Positions 9,454 to 19,790 of a stretch of 64,000 nt of DNA are shown here, in pieces (position 1 is the stretch's first letter; each line of letters starts with the position of its first letter). The translations under genes were made by a program, and so were the position numbers. The notes under the pieces are model-generated. The model saw nothing but the letters and a program-made list of their open reading frames with translations, did not search any database and was not told the DNA's origin. Source of the stretch: Paracoccaceae bacterium (GTDB lineage Bacteria; Pseudomonadota; Alphaproteobacteria; Rhodobacterales; Rhodobacteraceae); the NCBI GenBank assembly GCA_024636555.1, contig JAGXGW010000025.1, positions 1,543-65,542 on the forward strand, in the 5' to 3' direction.

Positions 9454-12400
9454 TGCGGCATTTCATTCTTTCCTTTGTACTTGTAACCCTCGGTCTGCTG
9501 GGGCTGAACCAGCCTGCAACAGCACAGACTCCCGAGGAAGATCGCGGCTTTCTGCAGGGCCTGATCGAGGATAATCTGTCCGGTGCTGGGCGCGATGTGC
9601 GGATCGTGGGTTTTGAAGGTGCGCTGAGTTCACAAGCCAGCATCGCGGAACTGACCATCGCGGATGCCGAAGGTGTCTGGCTACGCCTTACCGATCTCGC
9701 GCTGGACTGGAACCGCTCGGCCCTTTTGCGTGGCCGGATCGAGGTGACCGAACTGAGCGTGGCGCAGATCGAACTCATCCGCCCGCCGGTGCCGGACCCG
9801 AACCTGCCGGCGGCAGAGGCATCCTCAGGTTTTTCCCTGCCGGAATTGCCCGTTTCGGTCCAAATCGGTCGTCTGGCTGCGGAAAGCGTCAGTCTGGGTG
9901 CCGCCGTGATCGGTCAGGAGATCGAGATCAGCCTTGAAGGCAGCGCATCGCTTGCCGATGGCGAAGGCACGGCGGAACTTGCCTTGCAGCGGATCGACGG
10001 GCTGCAGGGCAGCGTTCTTCTGTCGGGTGCTTACGTCAACGAGACCCAGAACCTGACGCTCGATCTGGCGGTACAGGAAGAGGCCGGCGGGATTTTGGCC
10101 ACCTTGCTGGGGCTGCCCGGCGCGCCCTCGGTCCAGCTTGTCGTGACGGGAGATGCGCCTGTTGACGATTTCACGGCCGATCTGACGCTGGCGACGAATG
10201 ATGCCGAACGCCTGTCCGGTCAGGTGGTGTTGCAAACGCAGCGCGAGCAGGCACCCGTGAGCGACGGGACAGATGCCTCCGAGGACGAGCTTGTGACAAG
10301 CCGTTTCGTCATCGACATCGGCGGCGATATCGCGCCGCTGTTCGCACCGGAATATCGCGACTTTTTCGGCCCCGATATCCAGCTTGACGTGATCGCGACC
10401 CGCACGCCCGAAGGGCGCTTGGTGCTGGAAGGGCTGGACCTTGCCGCGCAATCCATCCAGCTTTCCGGCTCTGCCGAACTGGCCGCAGACGGCTGGCCTG
10501 AAAGGCTGGCGCTGGAGGGACGGATCTCCGCTGCCAACGGCAGGCCGGTGCTGCTGCCGCTGTCCGGACCGGAGACACGACTGGACCGCGCCGATCTTGC
10601 CCTGACCTTCGACGCGGAAGCTGGCGATAACTGGACGCTGGAGCTGGATGTGCGCGGGCTGGACCGTCCCGACCTCAGCGCCGAGCGCGCTGTTCTGGCG
10701 GGACAGGGGCTGATCTCGCGGACCGAGGGCGGCAACGGGCCCGGTCTGGTCAATGGCCGCATCACCTTTGACACGCAGGCCCTCGTGTCTACGGATCAGG
10801 CCTTGGCGCAGGCGCTGGGGGGCGATGTGGCGGGCGGATTGCAGTTTGAGTGGACAACGGAGGGGCCGTTGCGGATTTCCGATCTGTCCCTGAACGTCGC
10901 GGACACGGCTTTGACCGGCAGTGCCGATATTGCCTTGGGTCAAGGCGACACGGCCCTGTCCGAGCTTCAGACCGATTTCGACCTGCGACTGGTCGCTGGC
11001 AATCTTGCGCGCTTTGCCGGGCTGGCAGGCCAGCCTCTGGGCGGGGCTGCCGATCTGACGGCTGCGGGTACGGTCAAGCCGCTGACCGGCGCATTCGAGA
11101 TTGACCTGTCGGGCACGGCGCAAGATCTCAAAACCGGACAGGACCGCGTGGACCCGTTGATCACCGGCGCAAGCGAACTGGTGCTGCAAGCCAGCCGCCA
11201 CGAGACAGGCACACGGATCGAGCGTTTCGAGATTGTCACGACAGGCACCGATCTGCGCGGCAGCGCGGTGCTGCGGACCGACGCCAGCACCGTCGATCTG
11301 ACAGCGCGCCTGACGGATGCGGGGCTTGTGCTTGACGGTATATCCGGCCCGATCGCACTGGTGCTGGACGCGGGCCAGCAGGGCGAGACATGGCAGATTG
11401 CCCTTGATGCAGAGGCACCGGGCGAGACCGTCGCCCGCCTGACCGGCAGCGTGACCGGTGACGGCGTGGAACGGCTTGTCGCTGACGGGCAGCTGAGCGC
11501 CAACGTGGGCAATCTGTCGGTATGGTCCACCGTGGCAGGCCGCCGCCTGTCCGGCGCGGCGCAGATCAGCCTTGAGGCGTCGGGCGATGTGCTGGAACGC
11601 AGCGGCACGGCGCAGGGCCGCGTGAACGGCACCGACCTTGCCATCGGACAGGAGACGGCCGATCTGCTTTTGCGCGGCGAAAGTACCCTGTCGTTCAACC
11701 TGCGCCAGACCGCCGAGGGCACGACACTCCTCGAGACCGTCGCTTTGCGCACGCCGCAGGCCTCTGCCGATCTGTCCGGCCAGATCGCCGCAGAGGACAG
11801 CCGCCTGCAATTCGAGGCGGCATTGCGCAACATCGGCCTTCTCGCGCCGGATATCTCTGGCCCCGCCTCGATCAGCGGTACCGCCCAATCGCAGGGCGGT
11901 GACTGGCAGATCGACGCCACCGCCAATGGTCCGGGCGGTATCACCGCGCGCACCAGCGGCACCTTGGCCGCCGATGGGCAGCAGGTGAATGTCAACCTGC
12001 AAGGCAGCGCGCCGCTGTCGCTCGCCAATGCCCAATTGCGGCCCAATGCCGTGGACGGCCTGCTGTCCTTCGATCTGGCAGTCAACGGCCCGCCTGCTTT
12101 GTCCTCGGTCACGGGAGTGCTTTCGACCAGTGGAACACGCGTGACCGTGCCCGCCGCAGGGCTTGCACTGGCCGATCTGGGTGCAACGGTGCGGCTGGCC
12201 AACGGACAGGCGCAGATTTCGGCACAGGCTGCCCTGTCATCCGGCGGGCAGATCGCCCTTTCGGGCCCGGTCTCTTTGAACGCGCCCTATAACAGTGACC
12301 TGACAGTGGATCTGCGCGAGGCCAGACTGACCCAGAGCGACCTCTACGAGACCACGGCCAATGGGCGCGTGACCCTGAATGGACCGCTGGCAGGCGGCGC

Positions 12401-13274
12401 ACAGATCGGCGGGACGATCAATCTGGGCACGGTCGAGTTGCGTATTCCGGAATCCCTGGGGCCGACCTTTGCAAACCTGCCCGACTTGAAACATCGCGGC
12501 GAAAGTGCCGCCGTCCGCCAGACGCGCGAATGGGCCGGAATGATCGCCGAACCGGGAGCCGCGCGCGCTGGCCCGCCGGTGTCCTTTCCGATTGATCTGC
12601 TGATCAACGCCCCCTCGCGCATCTTCGTGCGGGGCCGTGGGCTTGATGCCGAACTGGGCGGGCGGCTCCGCCTGACCGGCACCACCGCCGATCTCGTTCC
12701 GCAGGGCCAGTTCGACCTTATACGCGGCAGGTTCGACATCCTCGGCAAGCGCCTGAACCTGACACAGGGCCAGGTGAGCCTGCAAGGCGCGTTCGATCCC
12801 TACATCAGGTTCGTCGCGGAAACCGACGCACAAGGCAGCACCGTCCGGATCGCGCTGGAAGGCCCCGCCTCGGCGCCCGACCTGACACTGTCCTCCAATC
12901 CCGAATTGCCCGAGGATGAGGTGATGGCCCTGCTTTTGTTCGGGCGCAGCATCACCGATATCTCTCCCTTGCAGGCGGTGCAACTCGCCGGGGCGATCCG
13001 GACGCTTGCCGGCCAGGGCGGCGGGCTGAGCGAGGGGTTGCGCGGGGCCATCGGTGTGGACGATCTGGACCTGACCACCTCGGCTACCGGCGAGACCGAA
13101 GCGCGGGTGGGCAAGTATATCGCCGACAACATCTACACCGATGTGACCGTGAATACGGCAGGCGAGACGCAGATCAACCTCAATCTCAGCGTGACGAACG
13201 ACATCACGGTGCGCGGGCGGCTCAACTCCGACGGCGGCACGGGGATCGGTATCTACATCGAGCGCGACTACTGA
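9450..13274 (+). CDS. tamB: Translocation and assembly module subunit TamB
   Basis: 1274 aa, N-terminal anchor, repetitive beta-rich body, C-terminal DUF490-type region (VRGRGLDAELGG, SSNPELPEDEV, VGKYIADNIY, ERDY). Confidence 0.93.
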   Translation: MMRHFILSFVLVTLGLLGLNQPATAQTPEEDRGFLQGLIEDNLSGAGRDVRIVGFEGALSSQASIAELTIADAEGVWLRLTDLALDWNRSALLRGRIEVTELSVAQIELIRPPVPDPNLPAAEASSGFSLPELPVSVQIGRLAAESVSLGAAVIGQEIEISLEGSASLADGEGTAELALQRIDGLQGSVLLSGAYVNETQNLTLDLAVQEEAGGILATLLGLPGAPSVQLVVTGDAPVDDFTADLTLATNDAERLSGQVVLQTQREQAPVSDGTDASEDELVTSRFVIDIGGDIAPLFAPEYRDFFGPDIQLDVIATRTPEGRLVLEGLDLAAQSIQLSGSAELAADGWPERLALEGRISAANGRPVLLPLSGPETRLDRADLALTFDAEAGDNWTLELDVRGLDRPDLSAERAVLAGQGLISRTEGGNGPGLVNGRITFDTQALVSTDQALAQALGGDVAGGLQFEWTTEGPLRISDLSLNVADTALTGSADIALGQGDTALSELQTDFDLRLVAGNLARFAGLAGQPLGGAADLTAAGTVKPLTGAFEIDLSGTAQDLKTGQDRVDPLITGASELVLQASRHETGTRIERFEIVTTGTDLRGSAVLRTDASTVDLTARLTDAGLVLDGISGPIALVLDAGQQGETWQIALDAEAPGETVARLTGSVTGDGVERLVADGQLSANVGNLSVWSTVAGRRLSGAAQISLEASGDVLERSGTAQGRVNGTDLAIGQETADLLLRGESTLSFNLRQTAEGTTLLETVALRTPQASADLSGQIAAEDSRLQFEAALRNIGLLAPDISGPASISGTAQSQGGDWQIDATANGPGGITARTSGTLAADGQQVNVNLQGSAPLSLANAQLRPNAVDGLLSFDLAVNGPPALSSVTGVLSTSGTRVTVPAAGLALADLGATVRLANGQAQISAQAALSSGGQIALSGPVSLNAPYNSDLTVDLREARLTQSDLYETTANGRVTLNGPLAGGAQIGGTINLGTVELRIPESLGPTFANLPDLKHRGESAAVRQTREWAGMIAEPGAARAGPPVSFPIDLLINAPSRIFVRGRGLDAELGGRLRLTGTTADLVPQGQFDLIRGRFDILGKRLNLTQGQVSLQGAFDPYIRFVAETDAQGSTVRIALEGPASAPDLTLSSNPELPEDEVMALLLFGRSITDISPLQAVQLAGAIRTLAGQGGGLSEGLRGAIGVDDLDLTTSATGETEARVGKYIADNIYTDVTVNTAGETQINLNLSVTNDITVRGRLNSDGGTGIGIYIERDY

Positions 13275-13304
13275 GCGCGGCATCATGCGGCTGCGGCGGG
13301 ATAC

Positions 13305-13327
13305 GGATATTTGAGGCAAGAAGAAGC
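13305..13327 (-). repeat. Intergenic short repeat, copy 2
   Basis: Minus strand reads GCTTCTTCTTGCCTCAAATATCC; lies between convergent tamB and phnM. Confidence 0.8.
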
Positions 13328-13345
13328 GAGGCCCGCGCGACGGTC

Positions 13346-14479
13346 TCAGGCGGCACGCCGTCCTGCCGACCAGACGCCACGCACCACGGCGCTGCCCGCA
13401 ACGGGGCGCAGACGCACCAGATCGGCGCGCAGCCCGGATGCGATCCGGCCACGGTCGGCAAGCCCGGCCGCCTGTGCAGGGGCGGCGGTGACCGCTGCAA
13501 AGCCGCGCGCCGGATCGCCCCAGATCTCGCCGAGCATCAGCGCCGATGTCAGCAGGGAGGCGGGCACGTAATCCGACGAGACGATGTCGAGCAGGTCCAT
13601 CTCTGCAAGCGCCGCCGCCGCCACATTGCCGGAATGCGAGCCACCCCGGATCAGGTTGGGCGCGCCCATCATGATCGCGATTCCATGCGCGCGGCAGGCC
13701 GCTGCCGCCTCGGGCGTCGTGGGAAACTCGGCCAGCCGGATGCCATGCCCCGCCGAGACCGCCACCTGATCGGCGGTGGTGTCATCATGGCTCGCAAGCA
13801 CCGCACCATAGCGGCGTGCCTCCGCAACGGCGGCGGCCTCATGCGCGGCCCCCAGCCTGTCGCGCACATCGTAAAGCCGTGCGACGTGATCGGCGAATTG
13901 CGCCTCGGTGATAGCGTTCTTGCCCATGACGTAGGCCTTGAGCTTCGAGATGTCGCGGAACTGCCGCTGGCCCGGCGTGTGATCCATCAGGCTGACGATG
14001 CCGACACGGTCCTCGGGGCCGAACAGCGCCATCTCGTCGATCAGCGTCTCGGAACAGATCTCGGCCCGCAGATGCAGGAAATGGCTGATCCGCAGCGCGC
14101 CCTGCCCCCGCAGATCCAGCAATTCGCGCGACAGGTTGCGCGCATAGGCCTTGTAACGCCCCACCCCGGACGGGACCGAGCCCACGCGCATCGCATCGAA
14201 CACCGTGGTGATGCCGACACTGGCGAGTTCCGCATCATGCGCGATGATCGCCGCCGCATGCGGCCAGTCCACTCCGGGGCGCGGCTGCATGTGGCGCTCC
14301 AGATTGTCGGTATGCAACTCGATCAGTCCGGGGATCAGCAGATCGCCCTCGCAATCCTCGCCCCGCCCGAGCCTGCCGCTGCCGATCTCGGCGATCAGAC
14401 CGTCGCGCATCACCAGATGGCCCTGCATGGTGCCGTGCGGCAGGACCAGCACGGCGTTGTCGAGGATGGTTTCGGTCAT
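13346..14479 (-). CDS. phnM: Alpha-D-ribose 1-methylphosphonate 5-triphosphate diphosphatase
   Basis: PGLIELHTDNLE, MDHTPGQRQF, ASHDD, AEFPT, MGAPN..RGGSHSGN and SSDY motifs. Confidence 0.95.
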   Translation of the reverse strand: MTETILDNAVLVLPHGTMQGHLVMRDGLIAEIGSGRLGRGEDCEGDLLIPGLIELHTDNLERHMQPRPGVDWPHAAAIIAHDAELASVGITTVFDAMRVGSVPSGVGRYKAYARNLSRELLDLRGQGALRISHFLHLRAEICSETLIDEMALFGPEDRVGIVSLMDHTPGQRQFRDISKLKAYVMGKNAITEAQFADHVARLYDVRDRLGAAHEAAAVAEARRYGAVLASHDDTTADQVAVSAGHGIRLAEFPTTPEAAAACRAHGIAIMMGAPNLIRGGSHSGNVAAAALAEMDLLDIVSSDYVPASLLTSALMLGEIWGDPARGFAAVTAAPAQAAGLADRGRIASGLRADLVRLRPVAGSAVVRGVWSAGRRAA

Positions 14480-14512
14480 TTCATGCTCCTGCCGGGTGAT
14501 GTATCAGGCCCT

Positions 14513-14532
14513 GTGTCACCGGACTGTGACAT
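14513..14532. promoter_or_regulatory. Overlapping Pho-box-like sites on both strands between divergent phnM and DUF1045
   Basis: Plus strand GTGTCAC-CGGA-CTGTGAC; minus strand ATGTCAC-AGTC-CGGTGAC; both fit the 7-4-7 PhoB pattern (CTGTCAT). Confidence 0.6.
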
Positions 14533-14553
14533 CTGTGGTTCAAGGCTGGCATC

Positions 14554-15273
14554 ATGACCCGATTTCAAAGATATGCGATTTATGTGATGCCGGACGGCGC
14601 GTTGGCACGGTTCGGCGCAAGCTGGCTGGGCTGGGATGCTTTGGCAGGACGCTCCGTGCCGCATCCCGATCTGGCCGCCCTGCCCCGCCCCGTGGACGAG
14701 ATCACCGCGACTCCGCGCAAATACGGGCTGCATGGCACGATCAAGCCACCCTTCAGGCTGGCCGAGGACAGCACCGTGATGGCGCTGACGAATGATCTGG
14801 CCAACTTCTGCGAGAGCCGTGCGCCGGTCACGCTGGACGGGCTGACACTGGCAAGGCTGGGCGGGTTTCTGGCACTGGTGCCGCAAGGGCCGACCGATGC
14901 GCTGGCCACCCTGGCCGGAGAGGCTGTCACGCGGCTGGACCGTCACCGCGCCCCGCCCGATGCGGCAGAGCTGGAGCGTCGGCGCAAGGCGCGTCTGACA
15001 CCCGCGCAGGAGGCGCTTCTGACGCGATGGGGCTATCCCTATGTGCTGGGAGAATTCCGCTTTCACATCACGCTGACAGGCCGTCTGCCAAAAGCCGAGG
15101 CCGAACTGGTGCAGCAGGCCCTGACCCCGCAGCTTGCGCCGCTTCTGCCCAAGCCCTTTACCATCGACAGCCTGTGCCTGACGGGCGAGGATGAGGCGGG
15201 CATGTTCCACTTGATCCATCGCTATCCCCTCGGGTCCACGGCAAGCCGGTCCAATACCGCCACCAGCGCCTGA
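14554..15273 (+). CDS. DUF1045 phosphonate-metabolism protein (2H phosphoesterase-like)
   Basis: RYAIY, WLG, YGLHGTIKPPF and WGYPYV..FRFHITLTG give two HxT motifs; embedded in the phn cluster. Confidence 0.88.
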   Translation: MTRFQRYAIYVMPDGALARFGASWLGWDALAGRSVPHPDLAALPRPVDEITATPRKYGLHGTIKPPFRLAEDSTVMALTNDLANFCESRAPVTLDGLTLARLGGFLALVPQGPTDALATLAGEAVTRLDRHRAPPDAAELERRRKARLTPAQEALLTRWGYPYVLGEFRFHITLTGRLPKAEAELVQQALTPQLAPLLPKPFTIDSLCLTGEDEAGMFHLIHRYPLGSTASRSNTATSA

Positions 15274-15794
15274 ACGCCTGCCGCGACTGTGCCGCTGTTG
15301 TCCACGACCTCATGCGCGATGCCCTCGGGCAGGGCGAATTCGGCCCGTGCCAGTCGCCTGTCCAGGTCCAGCCCGCTTTCGCGCCCCCTTGCCGACAGCC
15401 GTCTTTGCAAGGTCGCGCGGTCTGCTGTCACCACGACCACGGCCAGATCCGGAAACAGCATCTTCGCACGCTTCAGAACCGCCCGCGAGCCGTTGAAGAG
15501 CACGGTTCGTCCGGCGGCCATTTCGCGCAGGAACGTGGCCGGGATACCGTAGGACAGGCCATGCGCCACCCAGTGCAGCGCAAAGGCACCGCGCGATTTG
15601 CGGGCCTCGAACTCGACAAGGCTGACCCCCTCGTAAGGTTCGCCGCCCGCCTCTTCGGGACGGGTGATGACACGCCGCGCCAGTACCAGCGCGGGCCTGC
15701 ATGCCTGCGCGCTGGCCAGCAACGTATCCTTGCCCGCCCCCGAAGGGCCGACTACTGCAATCAGCCGTCCTGTGGGGCCGGAGCCGACCATCAC
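15222..15794 (-). CDS. phnN: Ribose 1,5-bisphosphate phosphokinase
   Basis: VVGPSGAGKDTL, RRVITR, WVAHGLSYGIP, NGSR and RGRE motifs. Confidence 0.94.
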   Translation of the reverse strand: MMVGSGPTGRLIAVVGPSGAGKDTLLASAQACRPALVLARRVITRPEEAGGEPYEGVSLVEFEARKSRGAFALHWVAHGLSYGIPATFLREMAAGRTVLFNGSRAVLKRAKMLFPDLAVVVVTADRATLQRRLSARGRESGLDLDRRLARAEFALPEGIAHEVVDNSGTVAAGVQALVAVLDRLAVDPRG

Positions 15795-16474
15795 GCCACC
15801 ATCCCCGGAGTGAAGCGTGTTACATCGACCACACGGTCGCAGACCCGCACGCGCGCCGCCTCGTCGTGGAAAATCCCGAGGATCGCCGCCCCGCGCGCCT
15901 TGGCCTCCTCGATCAGCGTCAGCACCACCTCGCGGTTGGCCGCATCGAGGCTGGCGGTCGGCTCGTCCAGCAGCAGCGCCGGATAGGCATGTGCAAAGCC
16001 GCGCGCGATGTTGACGCGCTGTTGCTCGCCGCCCGAAAAGGTCGTGGGTGACAGCGGCCAGAGCCGTTCGGGGATATTGAGCCGCGCCAGCAGATCGCGC
16101 GCCCGCGCCAAGGCCTGCGTGCGGTCATGGCCCAAGGCCAGCAACGGCTCGGCCACCACCTCAAGCGTGGGTACGCGCGGCACGACGCGCAGGAACTGGC
16201 TGACGTAGCCAAGCGTTTCGCGGCGCAGCGCGATGATCTGGCGGGGTGCCGCCTGTGCGACGTCCAGATTCCCGACGCGGATCATCCCGTGATCGGCCAG
16301 ATAATTGCCGTAGACCATACGCATCAGTGTGGACTTGCCCGCACCCGATGCGCCTGTCAGCCCGACGCATTCTCCGGGCGCCACGCAAAGCGCTGCATCG
16401 CGCATTACAGGAATGACCGCGCCCCCCTGATTGTGCAGGACGAAGTTCTTGGATAGGCCCGATACCGTGATCAT
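15791..16474 (-). CDS. phnL: C-P lyase ATP-binding protein PhnL
   Basis: KNFVLHNQGG, GASGAGKST, YVSQFLRVVPR, TFSGGEQQRVNIAR. Confidence 0.96.
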   Translation of the reverse strand: MITVSGLSKNFVLHNQGGAVIPVMRDAALCVAPGECVGLTGASGAGKSTLMRMVYGNYLADHGMIRVGNLDVAQAAPRQIIALRRETLGYVSQFLRVVPRVPTLEVVAEPLLALGHDRTQALARARDLLARLNIPERLWPLSPTTFSGGEQQRVNIARGFAHAYPALLLDEPTASLDAANREVVLTLIEEAKARGAAILGIFHDEAARVRVCDRVVDVTRFTPGMVA

Positions 16475-16487
16475 CTCATGGCCCTCC

Positions 16488-17258
16488 TCAGACCTGCAAC
16501 ACGCTGGAGACCAGCAGTTGCGTATAACCGTGTTGCGGATCGTCCAGCACCTGATCGGTCAGGCCCGCCTCGACCACATGGCCGGATTTCATTACCATCA
16601 GCCTGTCTGCCAGCAGGCGCACTACGGCCAGATCATGGGTCACGATTACCGCGCTCAGCCCCATCTCGCGCACCAGCCCGCGCAGCAGATCCAGAAGCCG
16701 CGCCTGCACGCTGACATCAAGGCCGCCTGTCGGTTCATCCATGAACACCAGACGCGGGCCTGTCACCAGATTGCGTGCGATCTGCAAGCGTTGCTGCATG
16801 CCGCCCGAAAAGGCGCTGGGGCGGTCGTCGATACGGTCTTCGGCAATCTCCACACGGGATAGCCAGTCCAGCGCCTGCGCGCGGATGCCGCCGTAATGCC
16901 GCGCGCCCACGGCCATCAACCGCTCGCCGACATTGCCGCCCGCGCTGACGCCCATCCGCAAGCCATCGCGCGGGTTCTGGTGCACGAAGGCCAGATCGGT
17001 CCGTGACAACATCCGCCGTTCCGGCTCTGACATTGCGCGCATGTCGCGCGGGCCGTCGCTGCGGGTGTCGAACAACACCTGACCGCGATCAGCTTCAAGA
17101 TGGCCCGCAAGACAGCCCAGCAGCGTGGATTTGCCAGACCCGCTTTCGCCCACAATCCCCATCACCTCGCCGGGATAGAGATCGAAGCTCACATCGGCGC
17201 AGCCGATGCGCGCGCCGTAATGTTTGGTCAGGTCACGGACCTGCAACAGCGGGGTCAT
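16488..17258 (-). CDS. phnK: C-P lyase ATP-binding protein PhnK
   Basis: Start MTPLL at 17258 overlaps phnJ stop. GESGSGKST, VSAGGNVGERL, FSGGMQQRLQIARNL and LDDPQHGYTQLLVSS motifs. Confidence 0.96.
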   Translation of the reverse strand: MTPLLQVRDLTKHYGARIGCADVSFDLYPGEVMGIVGESGSGKSTLLGCLAGHLEADRGQVLFDTRSDGPRDMRAMSEPERRMLSRTDLAFVHQNPRDGLRMGVSAGGNVGERLMAVGARHYGGIRAQALDWLSRVEIAEDRIDDRPSAFSGGMQQRLQIARNLVTGPRLVFMDEPTGGLDVSVQARLLDLLRGLVREMGLSAVIVTHDLAVVRLLADRLMVMKSGHVVEAGLTDQVLDDPQHGYTQLLVSSVLQV

Positions 17259-18124
17259 GCGAAATGCTCCTCTTCCGTGGCGGCCAGTCGTCCCCGGTGC
17301 CCCGCCGCACGGCGGGTCTCGCAATAATCGGTGTCGGAGCAGACGAACATCCGTCCGCCCGCATCATCCACGATCACCTCGTCCAGATAGGACGTCGCCG
17401 ATCCACACAGATCACAGATATGATCGGCCTTGCTGGCCTCGAACGGGTGATCCTCGAAATCCAGACTGACCACCTGACAATAGGGTGGCAGCGCATAGAT
17501 GCGTTGCTCGCGCCCCGCGCCGAACAACTGGATCGCCGCACTTTCCAGCTTGGGATTGTCGAATTTCGGGATCGGCGACGGGTCCATGACATAGCGACCC
17601 TCGACCTTGACCGGATAGGCATAAGAGGTGGCGATCTGCCCGTGGCGCGCGATATCCTCGTAGAGCTTCACATGCACCAGCCCGTATTCCTCCAGACTAT
17701 GCATCTTGCGCGTCTCGGTCTCGCGCGGCTCCAGAAAGCGCAGGGGTTCGGGGATCGGCACCTGATAGACAAGGATCTGGTCGCGCGTCAAAGGTGCCTC
17801 GGGGATGCGGTGACGGGTCTGGATCAGGGTCGCCTCTGCCGTGCGGGTCGTTGTGGCGACACCTGCCGTCTTCTCGAAAAAACGCCGGATCGAGACCGCG
17901 TTGGTCGTGTCATCCGCGCCTTGGTCGATCACCTTCAGACGGTCCTCCGGCACCAGACAGGCGGCGGATACCTGCACCCCGCCCGTACCCCAACCGTAAG
18001 GCATCGGCATCTCGCGACTGGCGAAAGGCACCTGATAGCCGGGCACGGCCAGCGCCTTGAGGATGGCGCGGCGGATCATCCGCTTGGTCTGTTCGTCCAG
18101 ATAGGCAAAGGTGTACTCGGTCAT
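17255..18124 (-). CDS. phnJ: C-P lyase radical-SAM subunit PhnJ
   Basis: YTFAYLDE, REMPMPYGWGTGG, and CDLC...CSDTDYC Fe-S/catalytic cysteines. Confidence 0.98.
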   Translation of the reverse strand: MTEYTFAYLDEQTKRMIRRAILKALAVPGYQVPFASREMPMPYGWGTGGVQVSAACLVPEDRLKVIDQGADDTTNAVSIRRFFEKTAGVATTTRTAEATLIQTRHRIPEAPLTRDQILVYQVPIPEPLRFLEPRETETRKMHSLEEYGLVHVKLYEDIARHGQIATSYAYPVKVEGRYVMDPSPIPKFDNPKLESAAIQLFGAGREQRIYALPPYCQVVSLDFEDHPFEASKADHICDLCGSATSYLDEVIVDDAGGRMFVCSDTDYCETRRAAGHRGRLAATEEEHFA

Positions 18125-19206
18125 TCGGCAGCCTCCTTCGCGACAGCTTCAGCCTCGGCCCGCAGGCGGCGCACCAGTTCCAGTTCGGATTGGAAATCGA
18201 CGTAATGGGGCAGCTTGATATGCTCCAGAAAGCCGGTCGCCTGGATATTGTCGCAATGCGACAGCACGAATTCCTCGTCCTGTGCGGCAGCCCCCAGATT
18301 GTCCTCGCCCAGTTCGCGCCAGCGCAAGGCGCGGTCCACCAAAGCCATGGCGATGGCTTTGCGCTCGGTCTGCCCGAAGACCAGCCCGTAGCCACGGGTG
18401 AATTGCGCGGGCGCGGTTTTCGACCCCGCAAACTGGTTGACCGTCTCGCATTCGGTCAACTCAATCTCGCCTATTTCGATGCTGAACCCCAGTTCGGGGA
18501 TCTCCATCTCGACCGGAACGCGCCCGATCCGCAATTCCCCCACAAAGGCGTGGTTCCGCGCATAGCCGCGCTGCGTGGAATAGGCGAGGCCGAGGATAAA
18601 ACCCTCGTCGCCGCGCGCAAGCGCCTGCAACCGCAAGGCGCGGTTGGCTGGAAATTCCAGCGGTTCCCGGGTCAGATCGGGGGGCGTCTCGCAGCTTGGT
18701 GCCTCGGTCTGGATCAGGCCGTCACGGTTCAGGAATTCCGTGATATGCGGCACCGATCCTGCCTGCGCCGGGGCCATCGCGGCGGGCGGCACCTCGCCGT
18801 CAGCGGCCAGTTTGAAATCCAGCAGGCGGTGCGTGTAGTCGAATGTCGCTCCCAGCACCTGCCCGCCCGGCGCATCCTTGAAGGTAGCCGAGATGCGCCT
18901 GTCGCAACGCATATCCGCTGTCTCCACCGGCTTGGAGGCCCCGAACCGTGGCAGCGTCGTGCGGTAGGCGCGGATCAGGAACACCGCCTCGATCAGATCG
19001 CCGCGCGCCTGCTTGATCGCCAGCGCCGCCAGATCGGGATCATAGAGCGAGCCTTCCGCCATCACCCGGTTCACCGCCAGCGCCATCTGTTCGCGGATCT
19101 GCGCCACGTCCAGCTCCGGCACCCTCGTGTCGCCGCGTCGCGCCTCGGCCAGCCACGCATGGGCGTTCTCGATCGCGCGTTCGCCGCCTTTGACAGCCAC
19201 ATACAT
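18121..19206 (-). CDS. phnI: C-P lyase complex subunit PhnI
   Basis: Start MYVAVKGGE at 19206; FLIRAYRTTLPR and HIKLPHYVDFQ motifs. Confidence 0.97.
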   Translation of the reverse strand: MYVAVKGGERAIENAHAWLAEARRGDTRVPELDVAQIREQMALAVNRVMAEGSLYDPDLAALAIKQARGDLIEAVFLIRAYRTTLPRFGASKPVETADMRCDRRISATFKDAPGGQVLGATFDYTHRLLDFKLAADGEVPPAAMAPAQAGSVPHITEFLNRDGLIQTEAPSCETPPDLTREPLEFPANRALRLQALARGDEGFILGLAYSTQRGYARNHAFVGELRIGRVPVEMEIPELGFSIEIGEIELTECETVNQFAGSKTAPAQFTRGYGLVFGQTERKAIAMALVDRALRWRELGEDNLGAAAQDEEFVLSHCDNIQATGFLEHIKLPHYVDFQSELELVRRLRAEAEAVAKEAAE

Positions 19207-19790
19207 CAGACCACCTCCGCCGGATCGGTCACCACCGTGCTGCGCGGCACAGCGGCCAGATCGCTGCCGCAGGTGAAAAAGAAATCCAGCCCCAAGGGAA
19301 ACAGCGCCCGGTTGACGCGCAACGGCGCAACCTCCGGCACCGAAAGCTGCGCGCTTTCCTTGATTCCCGGCCCTTGGAGCACGGCCCCTTCGGCCCGCAA
19401 CAATGGCATCTCGACGATCAGCGTGGCGGAACGGTCGGGATAGTCCGGCGTGCCGATGCGGTAGTCCGCCAGCGACAACAGGCTGTCCCATGTCCCCAGC
19501 GCAAAGACGGCTTCGCCGCGCGCCGCAACAACAGACGCGCCCGTATGGAAAGCGATCCAGCGGCGCAAATCCGCGCTATCATGCGAGGTGGCCAGCCAGA
19601 CCGGCGTGCCGGGATCGCACAGCACCAGCAGCAGTACCGAGGCCGCCACCGACACGGGCGCGGGGGCCTGCGCCCCTGTGACCGCCAATATATCGCCGGG
19701 TCGCGCCATCGCGGTCATCGCCGCACGGAAAGCCTGCGGCGACTGGATCGGCGGATCGGCGAAGCCGCCTGTCATCACTGCCTGATCCAT
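19206..19790 (-). CDS. phnH: C-P lyase subunit PhnH
   Basis: Start MDQ at 19790; GFADP..Q..FR....AMARPG, FHTG, GTPDYPDRSAT, GPGI and FPLGLD motifs. Confidence 0.95.
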   Translation of the reverse strand: MDQAVMTGGFADPPIQSPQAFRAAMTAMARPGDILAVTGAQAPAPVSVAASVLLLVLCDPGTPVWLATSHDSADLRRWIAFHTGASVVAARGEAVFALGTWDSLLSLADYRIGTPDYPDRSATLIVEMPLLRAEGAVLQGPGIKESAQLSVPEVAPLRVNRALFPLGLDFFFTCGSDLAAVPRSTVVTDPAEVV

